A stretch of 64,000 nt of DNA from the human T2T-CHM13v2.0 reference genome, Homo sapiens (GCF_009914755.1 NC_060928.1), one strand, 5' to 3'. Positions 26,640-40,094 are shown, counted from the stretch's first letter. The notes: generated from the letters alone by a model not told the origin. Numbers and translations: made by a program.

Positions 26640-27350
26640 TTTGGTGGATTTGGCTGTCCAAAACATTTGGAACATCTCTCCTACGTCAAGGAAACATCCC
26701 ACCTTACAAGTTCACACATCACCAAGACGGATGCTAGAAATCCACTTCTTAGTCTTCCTTATACATACAGAACAAATATATGGCCTAGGCTTTTCTGATA
26801 CCATTGTTCAAGACTTCAGCTCAGAAAAAGAATCCATCTGGCAACCCATTCTGAGAAATGACGCCTTTGCCAGCTGTCAAGACAGTGGGGGCAGAGGTTC
26901 TGCCCTGAGGCCCAGCATCAGCAGTGTAGGCAGAGATACCTGTGCTAGCAGCAGTCACAGTGAGATTTCTTTGGAGCAGTGCTCGTGTGTATTTAGCTGG
27001 GGTTGGAGCTCCTGAGCACCCGCAATCCAAGCCTGAGCACCCGCAATCCAAGCCTGAGCCTCTGTTCTTTAGGATTTTAGTGGATCCTAGGCACTTTTGC
27101 CTTCACCAGCCCCTTCCTCCATAGTATACACACACACACACACACGTATATGTTATATAATAATATTTTATGACTGCATTGGTATAAAGATATATTAATA
27201 TGGAATAAAAATCTTTCAACCTACAAATTATTTTTTTTCAGATTTTGAAAGCACTGTGGGCCTTAGCAGTACGCTTATTGAGTAAGTTCACCCTGCTTAA
27301 TGTTTTCAAAGGAATTCCTTTTTCCTTTAAACTAGCTGGAGTATACCTGA
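26640..27350 (+). mobile_element. LTR33-like ERVL LTR
   Basis: tggatttggctgtcca start; aattcctttttcctttaaactagc end motif; decayed. Confidence 0.5.
27011..27059. repeat. Perfect 21-bp tandem duplication (cctgagcacccgcaatccaag x2.3)
   Basis: Seen directly. Confidence 0.95.
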
Positions 27351-27646
27351 CTGTACAGGTGGCAAAACTACAGTGAAATTTTCACTTTGTTGAACATTTC
27401 TAGGAATTCTTAAATTCTTTGGAAAAGTATGTCTTACTTAGTAAAGAGAAAATAATACATTTATGAAGAAAAAAAGAAAATCTGAACAATTAATTTATCT
27501 TCAGTAGCTTATAGCATCAAATGAAAAAAATGCATATCTCAGAATCTTAAGCTACAAAAGTACTGTAAAGATCATTGTAGGAAAAAAAAAAAAAAGTCAT
27601 TGTGTCCAATTACCCATCTGCTATTTCAATTACCTTTACCCCATAC

Positions 27647-27715
27647 CCTGACCAAGTTGTCATTGTCAGTGATACCGAACCCAGTAAGTACTATCTCTGG
27701 AAGAAAAGCAGACAT
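27647..27715 (-). CDS. Candidate coding exon, MSAFLPEIVLTGFGITDNDNLVR (or from an internal acceptor at 27696)
   Basis: Acceptors ttttctttttcag| at 27758 and tgcttttcttccag| at 27696; donor AGG|gtatgg in phase 0, in frame with 17920-17983. Confidence 0.35.
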
Positions 27716-28929
27716 TCTGTCTCTTGATTATATGACTGTTAAAAGTTCCTCTTTAATACTGAAAAAGAAAATATATTTCTGAAATATTTTTCCCCAAATG
27801 TATCTCCAATATATGAATATTCTTTATGTTCCCATTTTAGATCCCCAATACCAGTGCCTCAGAATTATTACATAGCTCCCCATCTCAAAAGATTCTTATA
27901 CCTACTTGCACAAATTTTTTCCTTTGAGTCTGTATCAATCTATGATTTCCGTAGGCCACCTGTTTCTCCAAAGCAAAGATGTGAATTACTAAATCAGAGG
28001 CACTGTATCTCTTCAGATCATTATTTCTTTGACCCCCCATCAGAAGAATACAAACTTGCATGAGGTCATAGTTTAAAAGGAAATTTGGAATCCAATACAA
28101 AATGCAGACATTTGTATTTTGAAAAGAAAAACTTTTCTACTTTATGAATTTTTCTTGAAGTAGCTACCCAAAACAAAATAGTAAAAACTACACAAAACTA
28201 GAACTCTGGGAATACCAATTATCAGTCTTGGTACTGCTCCTAAATCCTGTTACCAACAAAATCAAGGTCTCTCAGATAAATTAAATAATAAAGACAATTT
28301 AGACTCTCAACATTTGATGACTTGATTTCTAATAAAGATTAGATCCCTTAGGACATTAGCTACATGACTAAGTAAAATTAATAAAACTGATCAGTGTCAT
28401 CTGATTTGTAGTTGATATTTCCTTTTTGGGGGAAAGGCCAAAATGGCAGACTAGAAGCCGCTAACAAGTGCTACTTCTAGAGGAAACAAAAGGGCTAGTG
28501 AACACTGACCCTGCAGGCTGATCATCTGAGCAACCACATCAGAATCCATCAAGGCAGCAGAGGAACGCAGAGAGCAGAAAGGAGCAAAGCAGGACACCAC
28601 CCTGTCTGGGCTTAATGTAGAGTCAGCAGAACCTCTCCAAAATGGAAAAGGATGAGTAAGACCCCTCTTGGGGATACACACTGCCTACAGGGACAAATGC
28701 AAGACTGGGAATGAGATCATCCCTTTGGCCCACTCCACGGCCCCCCACCATGCTTCTAGACTGAGGCAGATGTTTTCTGGAGGCAACTCTCAAAGTGCAA
28801 GGGGAACTCTAAAAGACTTTGGCCCCAGAGCAGACCATCACCAGCACAATAGCCCCAACAGAGGTCGCAGTTTGGTGCCTGAGAGCAGTAAGATTGCTCC
28901 ACCCAGCTCACTGGACAAGGTCCCATGTT

Positions 28930-30310
28930 AGGTTCTAGTCCAGCGGTCCCACTTCTGCCATAACTTGGCTGGCAGCCACCACCTCCTGTTGTCCTTGGAA
29001 GTACCCAGACAGCAGGGCTGGTGACTCCATGACCCCCACAGATAGCCAGATGGGAAACACCTGCTAGAACTTCCAGCCCAGCAGACTCACTTCCCTGTGA
29101 ACTCAGCTGGAAAGTGCAGCTTCCTGTTATCCCGGGAAGCACCCAGATGACAAGGCAGGTGACCCCACCCACCCTTGCCTTGGATAGCCAGGTGGACAAT
29201 GCTTGCTAGTTTCTGGTCTAGTGCTCCTGCTTCTGTGTGTACTCAGCCTTAAGGCATAGCTTCCTGTTGTCCCAGGAAACATCCGGGCTGCAGGGCAGGA
29301 GACCCCACCCACCCTTACCACTAGTAGCCAGGTGGGCAACACTTGCTAGAGCTTCCGGTCCAGTGGTTCCACTTCTGTCTGAACTGTCAGTGGACACAGC
29401 CTCCTGTTGTCCTGGGAAACATCTGTGTAGCTGGGCAGGTGGCCCTCTCCATTCTCACTACGGGTAACCAGGCTAGCCATACCTGCCAGAGCTTCCAGTC
29501 CGATGATCCCTCTTCTGTCTGAACTCAGCCAGTGAGTGCAGCCTCCTGTTGTCCCAGGAGACATTCAGACAGCAGGGTAAGTGACCCTGCCCTTGCCTCA
29601 AACTGCAGGTAGCTAGGCTGGCAATGCCTGTTAGAGCTTCCAGCCCAGTGATCCTTCTGCTGTCTGAGCTCAGAAGGCAGGCACAGCCTCCTGTTGTCCT
29701 GAGAAAATCCTGTAGAGCAGGGTAGGTGACCACAGGGTGAGTAACCACAGGGTGAGTGACCCCACCCACTCCCACTGCTGGTATCCAGGCAGGCAACACC
29801 AACTAGAGCTTTTAGCCCATCAGTCCTACTTCTGTGTGAACCTAGCTGGAGGGCACAACCTCTTGTTGCCCAGGAAAACACCCAGACAGTAGGGCAGACT
29901 ACCCCACTGACTCCTGCTGCTGGTAGCCAGGCAGTCAACGCCTACTAGAGCTTCCAGCCCGGCAGTCCCACTTCTATGTGAACTCAGCCGGAGAGCACAG
30001 CCACCTGTTGTCTGGAGAAACATCCAGATGGCTGGATAAGTGACTCCACCTGCCCCTACCTCTCTTAGCTAGGCAAGCCACACCTGCTAGAGCTTCCAGC
30101 CCAGTGGTTTTACTTTTACTTAAATTTGCCAAAGACCACAGCCTCCTATTGCCCCAGAAACCACCTGGATGGTAAGGTAAGAAACTCCACTCACACCCAC
30201 CTGTCATAGCCAGATAGGCCACACCTGCTAGAGTTTCTAGACCAGCAGTTTTGCTTCCGTCTGCACTCTGTGGGCAGGTGCAACCTTGTGATCTCCCAGG
30301 AAGCACAACT
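28930..30310 (+). repeat. About 10 diverged ~141-bp tandem monomers in the L1 5'UTR
   Basis: Anchor gctagagcttccagccc recurs at 29063, 29205, 29345, 29485, 29630, 29802, 29944, 30086 and 30227. Confidence 0.92.
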
Positions 30311-30645
30311 ACAGCAGATTAGAACTGACCCAGAAAAGATATGGCCTGTCTGCCAACTGTGGCCCTTGCCTGAGAGAGCCCCATTGATCAGAACACTTAA
30401 TAAAAGAAATTTGGGCATAGAGACAATAACTGGAGGGGACACCTCCAAGACCCAGGAGTAGAATAGAATCAAAACTAGTCGACTGAACTCATACCACAAG
30501 CAAATTTGCAAGGGCATCACAGAATATAAAAGCAAATAAACAAACAAAAAACCCCCAAAAAACAAAACAAAAACAAAACAAAACAAACAAAAAAACATCT
30601 AAAGGACAGCAACTTCAAGGACTGAAGGAATATCAGCTCACACAG

Positions 30646-31083
30646 ATGAGAAAAAAAAAACAGTGCAAAATTCTGGCAACTCAAAAAGGCAGAGTGTCCT
30701 TCTTACCTCTAAACAACCATACTACTTACCCAGAAATGGTTCTTACCTGGGCTGAAATGGCTGAAATGTCAGAAATAGAGTTCAGAATATGGATTGGAAT
30801 GAAGATTATCGACATTCAAAAGAAAGAAGAAACCCAATTCAATGAATCTAAGAAATATAATAAAATGGTACAGAAACTAGAAGGTAAAATGGCCATTTTA
30901 AGAAAGAACCAAACTGAGCTGATAGAAGTCAAAAATCCACTTCAACGATTTTATAGTACAATTGCAAGTATTAACAGCAAAATCAACCAAGAGGAGGAAA
31001 GAATCTCAGAGTTCAAAGACGGTTTCTCTAAATTAACTCAGACAAAAAACAAACAAACAAAACCAACAGAGAAGAAAGAATGA
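30646..31083 (+). pseudogene. L1 ORF1p coiled-coil remnant
   Basis: AEMSEIEFRIWIGMK...INQEEERISE matches the L1 ORF1p N-terminal/coiled-coil pattern; premature stop. Confidence 0.88.
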
Positions 31084-33168
31084 AACCTCTGAGAAATATG
31101 AGATTATGTAAAGAGATCATATCTATGACTCATTGGCATCACTGAAAGAGAGAAGCACAAAGTAAGCAACTTGCAAAACATTTGAGGATATCATTCACAA
31201 AATTTCCTCAACCTTATTAGAGAGGCAAACATTTAAATCCAGGAAATGTAGAGAATCCCTGTGAAAAACTACACCAGAAGACCATCCCCAAGACATAATT
31301 ATCAGATTCTTCAATGTTGAAATGAAAGGAAAAATATTGAAGGCAGTTAGAGAGAAGGGACAGGTCACCTACAAAGAGAACTCCATTAGGATAACAGCAG
31401 ACCTTTCAGCTGAAACCTACAAGCCAGAACAGACTGGAGGACAATAGTCAGCATTAATAAAGAAATTCCAACCAATAATTTCATATTTAGCCAAACTAAG
31501 CTTCATAAGCAAAGAAGAAATAAGATACTTTTCAGAAAAGTATATGCTAAGAGAATTTATTACCACCGGACCTGCCTTATAAGAGGTTCTTAAGAGAGTG
31601 CTAAATCTTGACAGGAAAGATTGTTACCAGCCACCACAAAAACACACTTAAGTACATAAACCATTGACACTGTAAAGGAACCACACAATCAAGTCTGCAT
31701 GATAACCAGCTAACAACACAAGGACAGGCTCAAACCTTAAATGTAAATGGACTGAATGTTCCAATTAAAAAGCACAGAGTGGCAAGTTGGATACAGAAAC
31801 AAGACCCAACTGTGCTGTCTACAAGAGACCCATCTCACATGCAGTGACACCCATAAGCTCAAAGAAAAGGGATGGAGAAATATCTACCAAGCAAACAGAA
31901 AAAAGCAGGGGTCGCTATTCTAATTTCAGATAAACCAGACATTAACAAACAGTGATCAAAAATGACAAATAAGGGCATTACAAAATGGTAAAGGGTCAAA
32001 TTCAACAAAAAGACCTAACTATCCAATGTATACACACCCAATGCAGGAGCACCCAGATTCATGAAGCAAGTTCTTAGATACCTAAGAAGAGTCTTAGACA
32101 ACCACACAATAATAGTGAAAGACTCCAAAACCCCACTGACAGATAGTATGAGAGTGATTATCAAGGCAGGAAAGTAACAAAGATATTCAAGACCTGAACT
32201 TGACATTTGACCAAATGGGGCTAATACCATCTAGAATACTCTCCATCCCAAAACATTCTTCTCATCGGAACATGGCACATACTCTAAAATCAACCACACA
32301 ATTGGTGATAAACCAATACTCAGCAAATTCAAAGACAGTGAAATCATACCAAACACACTCTTGTACCACTGCACAATAAAAATAGAAAACAATATTAAGA
32401 GAATTGCTCAAAACCATACAGTTACATGGAAATTAAACAACATGCTCCTAAATGACCTTTTGGTAACCAATGAAATGAGCACAGAAATCAAGAAATTCTT
32501 TGAAACTAATAAGAATAAAAGTGCAACCTATCAGAATCTCTGGGACACAGCTAAAGCAGTGTTAAGAGGGAATTTGATAGTGCTAAATGCCCACATCAAA
32601 AAGTTAGATTTCAAATTAAAAATCTAACATCAAACCTAGAGGAACTAGAGAAATAAGAGCAAACCAACCCCAACACTAGCAAAAGAGAAGAAATAAGCAA
32701 AATTAGGGCTGATCTGAAGGAAACTGGGATGAAAAAAAAATAAATCCAGAAGTTGCTTTTTGAAAAATAAATAAGAATAAAGGACCACTTACTACACTAA
32801 TAAAGAAAAAAGAGAGAAGATCCAAATAAAGACAATAAGAAACAACAAAGGAGACATTACCACTTGACCTCACAGAAATACAAAAAACTCTCAGAGAATA
32901 CTATGAAAAACTCTATACACCCAAACTTAAAACCCTGGAAGAAATTGCTAAATTCCTGGAAACATACAGCTTCCAAGATTGAACCAGGAAGAAATTTAAT
33001 CTCTTAATAGACCAATAATGAGTTCTGAAATTGCATCAGTAATACAAATCCTACCAAACATAAAAAGCCCAGGACCAGATGGATTCACAGACAAATTCTA
33101 TCAGATATATAAAGAAGAGCTGATACCATTTGTAGTGAAACTATTCCAAAAAATTAAAGAGAAGGGAC

Positions 33169-33360
33169 TCCTCCCACCTCAGCCTCCTGAGTAGCTGGAA
33201 CTACAAGTATGCACCACCACACCTAGCTAATATTTGTATTTTCAGTAGAGATGGGGTTTTGCCATGTCGCCCCGGCTGGTCTTGAACTCGTGAGCTCAAG
33301 CAATCCGCTCACCTAGGCCTCCCAGTATGCTGGGGTTATAGGCACCCACTGCACCTGGCC
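33169..33360 (-). mobile_element. Truncated Alu inside the inverted L1 segment
   Basis: Antisense left arm plus start of right arm; 3' half and tail absent. Confidence 0.9.
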
Positions 33361-35474
33361 AATTCTACTGATTTGTGTGCACTGATTTTGTATTCTAAAA
33401 TGTAGCTAAGTTTATCTATCAGATCTCGGAGCTTTTGGGCAGAGACTGAAGTTTTTTCGGTATAGATGTATAAAGCCTGCAAACAGCTAGTTTGACTTCC
33501 TCTCTTCCTATTTGGATGACTTTTATTTCTTTCTCTTACTTATTGCTCTGACTAGAACTTCCCATATTATATTGAATGAGTGATGAGAGCGGGAATCTTT
33601 CTTGTTCCTGTTCTCAGGGGGAATTCTCCTTTTGCCCATTCAATATGATGTTGGCTGTGAGTTTGTCATAAATGGCTTTTATTATTTTTAGGTATTATTT
33701 TATTATTTTTAGGTATATTCCTTCAATGCCTAGTTGGTTGAGAGTTATTAATGTAAATGGATGCTGAATTTTATTGAAAGCATTTTCTGCATCTATTGAG
33801 ATAATCATGTGGTTTTTGTTTTTAGTTCGGTTTATGTGATGAATCAAATTTAATGATTTCTATATGTTAAATCAAACTTGCATCCCAGAGATAAAGCCTA
33901 CTTGATCATGGTAGATTAGCTTTTTGATGTGCTGCTGGATTCAATTTCTAGTATTTTGTTAAAGATTTTTGCATCTATGTTCATCAAGGATATTGGCCTA
34001 AAGTTTTCTTTTTTCTGCTGTGATTCTGCCAGGTCTTGATATCAGAATAATACTGGCCTCATAGAATGAGCTGGATCTCTTCCTTACACCATATGCAACA
34101 ATCAATTCAAGATGTATTAAAGACTTAAATGTAAAACCTAAAACTATAAAAACCCTGGAGGATAACCAGCAAGGTTTTCATGATGAAGACAACAAAAGCA
34201 ATTGCAACAAAAACAAAAATTGACAAATGAGACCTAATCAAACCAAAGAGCTTCTGCACAGAAAAGAAACTATCAACAGAGTAAACAGACAACCTAAAGA
34301 AGGGGAAAAAATATTTGGAAACTATATATCTGACAAAGGTCTAATATCCAGCATCTATAAGGAACTTAAACAAATTTACAAGCTAGAAACAAACTCATTA
34401 AAAAGTGGGCAAAGGATACAAACAGACACTTTTCAAAAGAAGTCATACCTGTGGCCAACAAACATATGAAAAAAATGCTCCACATCATTAATTGTTAGAA
34501 AAATGCAAATCAAAACCACAAAGAGACACCATCTCACATGAGACAGAATTGCTATTAAAATGTCAAAAAAATAACATGCTGGTGAATTAGCAGAGAAAAG
34601 ACAACACTTAGACACTGCTGGTGGGAATGTAAATTAATTCAACCATTGTGGAAAGTAGTGTGGTGATTCTCAAAGAACCTGAAACAGAAGTAACAATTGA
34701 CCCAGCAGGCTCATTATTTGGTATATACCCAAATAAATATAAATTATTCTACGATAAACACACATGCACATGAATGTTCATTGGAGCACTATTCACAATA
34801 GCAAAGTCAAGGAATCAACCTAAATCCCCATCAACAGTAGACTAGATAAAGAAAATATGGTACATATATACCATAGGATACTATACAGCTATAAAAAAGA
34901 ATGAGATCATGTCCTAAGCAGCAAATGAACGGAGCTGAAAGTCATAATCCTAAGCGAACTAATGCAGGAACAGAAAACCAAATACCACATATTCTCACTT
35001 TTAAGTGGAAGCTAAATATTGAGTACACGTGGACACAAAGAAGGGAATAGATACTGGGGCCTATTTGAGAATGGAGGGTGGGAGGAGGGAGAGGATTGAT
35101 AAACCACCTATCAGGTACTATGCTTATTACCTGGTTGATGATATAATCTGTACACCAAAACCCCTTGGAATGTACTTTATCTATATAACACTGCGCATGT
35201 ACCCCTGAACCTAAAATAAAAGTTAAGAAAGAATATTTCCTTCTTAACTAATGTACAGGGAAAGTATTAATTGCAGTTGAAATCAAAATAGACTATCACT
35301 AGTTATCCTTCTGATTGTCACTCCAGATAGTCATTTTTTTCTGCTTTTGGAAAGCAACAGATCTACATGTGCCAAATATAGAAAGATTGCAAAGACATAA
35401 ATGACTGCAAAACCTATACTTATACTAATTGGAAATCCTTTCTCCTAATTGAGTTGTTCAAATTGTTTTTAGTT

Positions 35475-35850
35475 TGTATATGTTATGGTAAATTCTAGTT
35501 TTAGTAATAGCTAACCACAAAATCTCAGTCACTTAGGTTTATGTTATCAATTCATAGATCCAATTTTTGCCTGACAGAGGCAGGAGGGTGGGGAGGATCC
35601 TTTCAGCTTTATGAAGTTTTTCAGAAACTCAGCCTGAGAGAGACCCCACCACACTGCAGACAGGTCACTTAGTCACACTCAATATGGGCATCCAGCCAGG
35701 AGACTAGGAATGAGGGAAAATGAGTACTTTACAGGCCATGTCTGTAAGTGTCTCATTACTCAACTGGGTGCAAGGTAGTCTGAGAAGTCAATTATACAAC
35801 TTGGAAAAAAACAAGGATCTCTGCTGGCCATCTGGCCATCTCCACCGTAG
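35475..35850 (-). mobile_element. Decayed MLT1 (K/L-like) LTR
   Basis: aaccacaaaatctcagtcactta resembles the antisense MLT1 3' end. Confidence 0.45.
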
Positions 35851-36210
35851 TCCACTATAGTTAAATTTTTATGAGGCTCAATGGGTCCAAGGCAGGTAGC
35901 ATGCATTTCTCCATACAAATTCTAGTATCTAAATAATGAAGTGGGTAAAGCGAATGAGTTGATGATAAATAAGGTCTTTAGTAAAATTGGCATCTAAAAT
36001 AGCTGAAGACAAGAGGATAATCAGAAGAGTGTGGTGATTATAAGCAGCAGGCACTTCAGGGAAGCTAGACAATAGGGATCCAAGACGAAAGTAGTTTTGG
36101 ATGAAAAGTAGCAGAAATATCTTTGGCACAAAAGTCATATAGAAAAGGGAATGTCTAAGGGTGTTATTTTTATAGTCACATAATAAAAGGTGAAAATCCT
36201 CATCAGAAAT

Positions 36211-36423
<213 letters not shown>

Positions 36424-37011
36424 TTAAACTGTTTAATCCTCTTCTGAACCTACTACAAATGAGTGAGAGAACAGTAGGGGAATGAACACTAGAAGCTGAT
36501 CTTTCTCCTTTAGAAAAAGGGAGAGGTAGAAGAAAATATTTCCGGTACCCCTAAAGACACAACATTTATTTAAGGCCTGAAAAGGGTGAAAAAGGAAAAC
36601 AGAAAAAATCACCAGGTAGAACATAGGGTCCTAACTACACTATTACAAACCCCTACAACCACTAAAAGCACCTAACTCTATCCATGCTTCTGAGAGGAAT
36701 CCCTCTAATGAGACTGCACAGAGTGAGAAATTGAGGGAAGGAACATTTAGAAGTTTATTTATTTAATTATTTATTTTAGCTTTATCTTTGGATATAATTT
36801 CTCCTTTGTTAGAGATTTTATAATATTTTTATAAATTATTTATTGAATTTGTATTATCAAAGCATATTTGTTATGTGTTATAGTTGTATTAACTCTCTTG
36901 AAACATATTGGCATGTGGCTAGGTATAATTTGGGATAAAAAATAAAGTAAATGGGCTTTGGCATAAGGTACAGCAAGGTCCTGGAGCTCACTTTTTCAGT
37001 GCCCTCTAGAG

Positions 37012-37206
37012 TAGTGCTAGCCAATAGATGGTTCTGTGATAGTGCAAATATGTTATAATCTGTTCCGTTCTAGTATTAACTAGCTATTGAGAACTGGCTA
37101 TTTCCCACCGAAATGTACCTAGTGTTAATAAGGAACTGGACTTCTATGTAATTTGAGTTTACATAGCCATAAGTGGCTGGTGGCTAATTTATTGGACAAT
37201 GCAGCT
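37012..37206. mobile_element. MER3 DNA transposon
   Basis: TIR-like ends gtgctagccaataga and tattggacaatgcag; atagccataagtggctggtggcta. Confidence 0.8.
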
Positions 37207-38444
37207 ATAGAATTAAAAGCCAAACTCCCTGCCAGATACACAAAGTAGCTGTGCTATTCTCAATTTCATGAATAGAGAGCAGGACTTCCTGGGAACCAAC
37301 AGTCTCTTTCCCATAAGGGCCACATTTAACACTGGTGAGCCATAGGGTTTGACTGTTATGTCTAAATGCATGAAGGAAAGAAAGAGAACATGGCTGGGGG
37401 TGGGAGTCTTCCATTCCTTAGGAATTTTATATATATTGCTAATAGAACTCCACTAGAGAACACTCTTGTCCTTCTCTTCCCTTCTTACTCATTTGGGCTT
37501 CTCTGTTTTACTCTCAAGAAACTACCTTCCTTTATTGCTTCCTATGTATGGTAAGCCCATAACAGTGAACTCTGCTCCACACAGGAAGCCTATCTGTCTG
37601 GGTAGATAAGTTAATTCCAGAATGAAATATTAGAAAGCATCAAGTATATCATATTATCCAATTAAGCTTTTAACCTTAATAAAGCTGTTATGCAGAACTT
37701 CATTTGCCTGATTCCCATGCCTACTAATCAGTTGCTTCCAAAACATGAAGGGAAAATAAAACAAAATGTATTGATCACCATCCCTCCTTAGAACTTCAAC
37801 GCTAAATATTTCTGATTATTTAATAACTCCAAAGTAAAAGAATTTGTATTTGTGGTGGACTCTCTTTTCTCTAAGAGACACTGATTAGTACTTTGAAGCA
37901 CATAAAACAGGCTCTGTATGTATCAGTTTCTATTATGGCAGCCATAAACCAGAGGAGTAAGTCATACGCCAATGCTTTGTACTGAGATTAAAGCCTTTCC
38001 TGACCTTTTTGACTTGGTCTAATTCTCCATTATTTGCTTCCACAGCATCTAGTACTTCTCCTTTGTCTCATAGCATATATTTATTTGTGTGATTCATTAA
38101 TGAAGAGTTTACAATTCCCATTGGGTTGTAAATTCTATAAGGAGAAGAGATCATGTGCATTTTAAAATAATTTTATTTCCAGAGTTTGAAATAATGACTG
38201 TCATATATAAGATTATCTATGAATACATAATGCAATATTTCATTTAATGACATAAAAATTTCTTTAGTATGGACAAAGATTATAATATGAAGTTAGTTTT
38301 TGGCTTCTTCTTTATGCATAGTCCCCCCAAAATAAGGAGTCTGCAAAAGAATTATTTGGAGGTATGTAATTGTCCCCAGTGATACAAAAATAAAAATGTC
38401 CATAATAATAGGAATGAGTAATAATGACTGGAGTCAGGCTATGC

Positions 38445-38470
38445 TTTTTTTTTTTTTTTTTTTTTTTTTT
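38445..38470. repeat. T26 mononucleotide run
   Basis: Seen directly; no retroposon body attached. Confidence 0.95.
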
Positions 38471-39480
38471 GCATTCAATAGGTCAATGCCAAGGGTCTCA
38501 CAATGGCGTTAGTTAGATATTCAAAGCACACAATCATGGTGCTAACATCACAGCAGCAACCTCCATTTGTTGAGTGTAATTCTGTTCAGACATTGTGCTG
38601 AACATTCTCAAAAAAGTAATAGTGGCAACCAGTTTATTTAGCTAAGATCTTTACCACTTTGCCATGATAGCTCCCCCGAACTCTCTGTGAGTGGATATTA
38701 CTAATGGACGAAAGGGGCAGTGATATCTGATATTCAGTTTCAGGTTTTCATTTTTGCATCATAGTTTCTCTAGGTCTTAGTCAATTGTGTAAACTTGAAA
38801 TTGTGTGCTTTATGGATGCATGTAGAGCCTGTGTACATATTTTAGATCAAACTGGGAGGCAGAGAGCTAAGACAGGATGAAAGAAATGATATGATTAGAG
38901 GAAGCTGGGAAGATGCCTTATCTGAAGTGATGAGCAGCAACCAGAATAGATTTATTGAATTCAAAAATACTCACTGGGGATTATCAGAAATTCTTACAAA
39001 GGGACCTGAATTTCTTGCTATCGTGTTGAGTGAGTACTGAAAGTTATTGTTACTTGGATATTAAAGGAAAATGTGATAATGGAAAGAAAATATATCCACA
39101 GGATCCAGGGCTCTGAATTAATTAGAAAGAGGTGGATGGAATCTGGGATCCTTAGATGGCTGCATGGGTCCTGGTGGATGTTGGTGAGAGAGAAGTTGGT
39201 AAGAGCTAGAGACTGTTATGCATCATGAGAGGATTAATGCAAAAATAAAAAAAAACTTTTCCTGTCCTGGGATATCATGTACACTTCATATCACTATAAC
39301 TTAAGAAGAATATTTACAATTAAAGAAGATGCAGAAAGGAACACCTAAAACAGGCAAATGAAGTGTGAGAGCTATCATCTGCAGCCAGGTTAAAATGGTA
39401 TGACTTTGCTAACTTGGAAACGAAAGCTGTAGAAGAACAACAATATAAAAATGAGCAACTTGAAAATTAAGATAACTTAC

Positions 39481-39534
39481 CAATTAATACAGATTTGCTC
39501 AACAAATCTCAAAGTATCAGGGCAAAGAAATATG
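39481..39534 (-). other. Candidate 54-nt exon (IFLCPDTLRFVEQICIN)
   Basis: Acceptor ttttattttttcaaag|, consensus donor TTG|gtaagt, symmetric phase 2, open frame. Confidence 0.35.
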
Positions 39535-39854
39535 CTTTGAAAAAATAAAATTATTAGTATTTTTTAACACCAATTAAGAATATTCTGGAAATATACATGC
39601 ATATAAAAATGTGTGAAATTTATGAAAAATTAAGTCATACACAGTTATTAAAGAAAAGCTTGTATATAGCTTATCTTTAAGGTTGAAAGCCACAACCTCC
39701 AGAAACCATCCTGTAAGACTTCCATTGGCAATGAAACACTAGAATTAGAAGGGTCTTGATACATCATCAATTTATCAAAATATTCCAAAATATTTTTAAA
39801 AAGCAATTTAAACAATAGCTGATATGTAATTTTCTGAAACAGAACACTTTTACT

Positions 39855-40094
39855 TATTATTATTTTCTTTTTACTTTTAAGTACATAGGTACATGTACAG
39901 GATGTGCATGTTTGTTACATAGGTAAACGTGTGTCATGGGAGTTTGTTGTACAGATTATTTCATCACCTAGGTATTAAGCCTAGTATCCATTAGTTATTT
40001 TTCCTGAATCTCTCCCTCCTCCTACTCTCCACCCTTCGACAGGTCCCTGTGTGTGTTATTCCCCTCTATGTGTCCACGTTTTCTCATCATTTAT
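39855..40094 (-). mobile_element. Short L1PA (about L1PA13-15) 3' fragment
   Basis: gtttgttacataggtaaacgtgtgtcatgg...ttgtacagattatttcatcacc. Confidence 0.9.

Larger units (their letters stand above)
28428..35232 (+). mobile_element. Full-length L1PA16-like LINE-1 (dead, internally rearranged)
   Basis: 5' ggggaaaggccaaaatggcagactagaagc, ORF1/ORF2 remnants, 3'UTR ggtactatgcttattacctgg...cctaaaataaaagtt; TSD atatttcctt(t/c)tt at 28415-28427 and 35233-35245. Confidence 0.93.

Noticed and set aside
28930-30310. Regularly spaced repeats as a CRISPR-like array
   Set aside because: Whole units are homologous with no unique spacers; the context is a primate L1 5'UTR.
37877-37957. Plus-strand 81-nt exon candidate ending GGA|gtaagt
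   Set aside because: AAG acceptor, no partner exons found, and opposite to the strand favoured by LTR bias.
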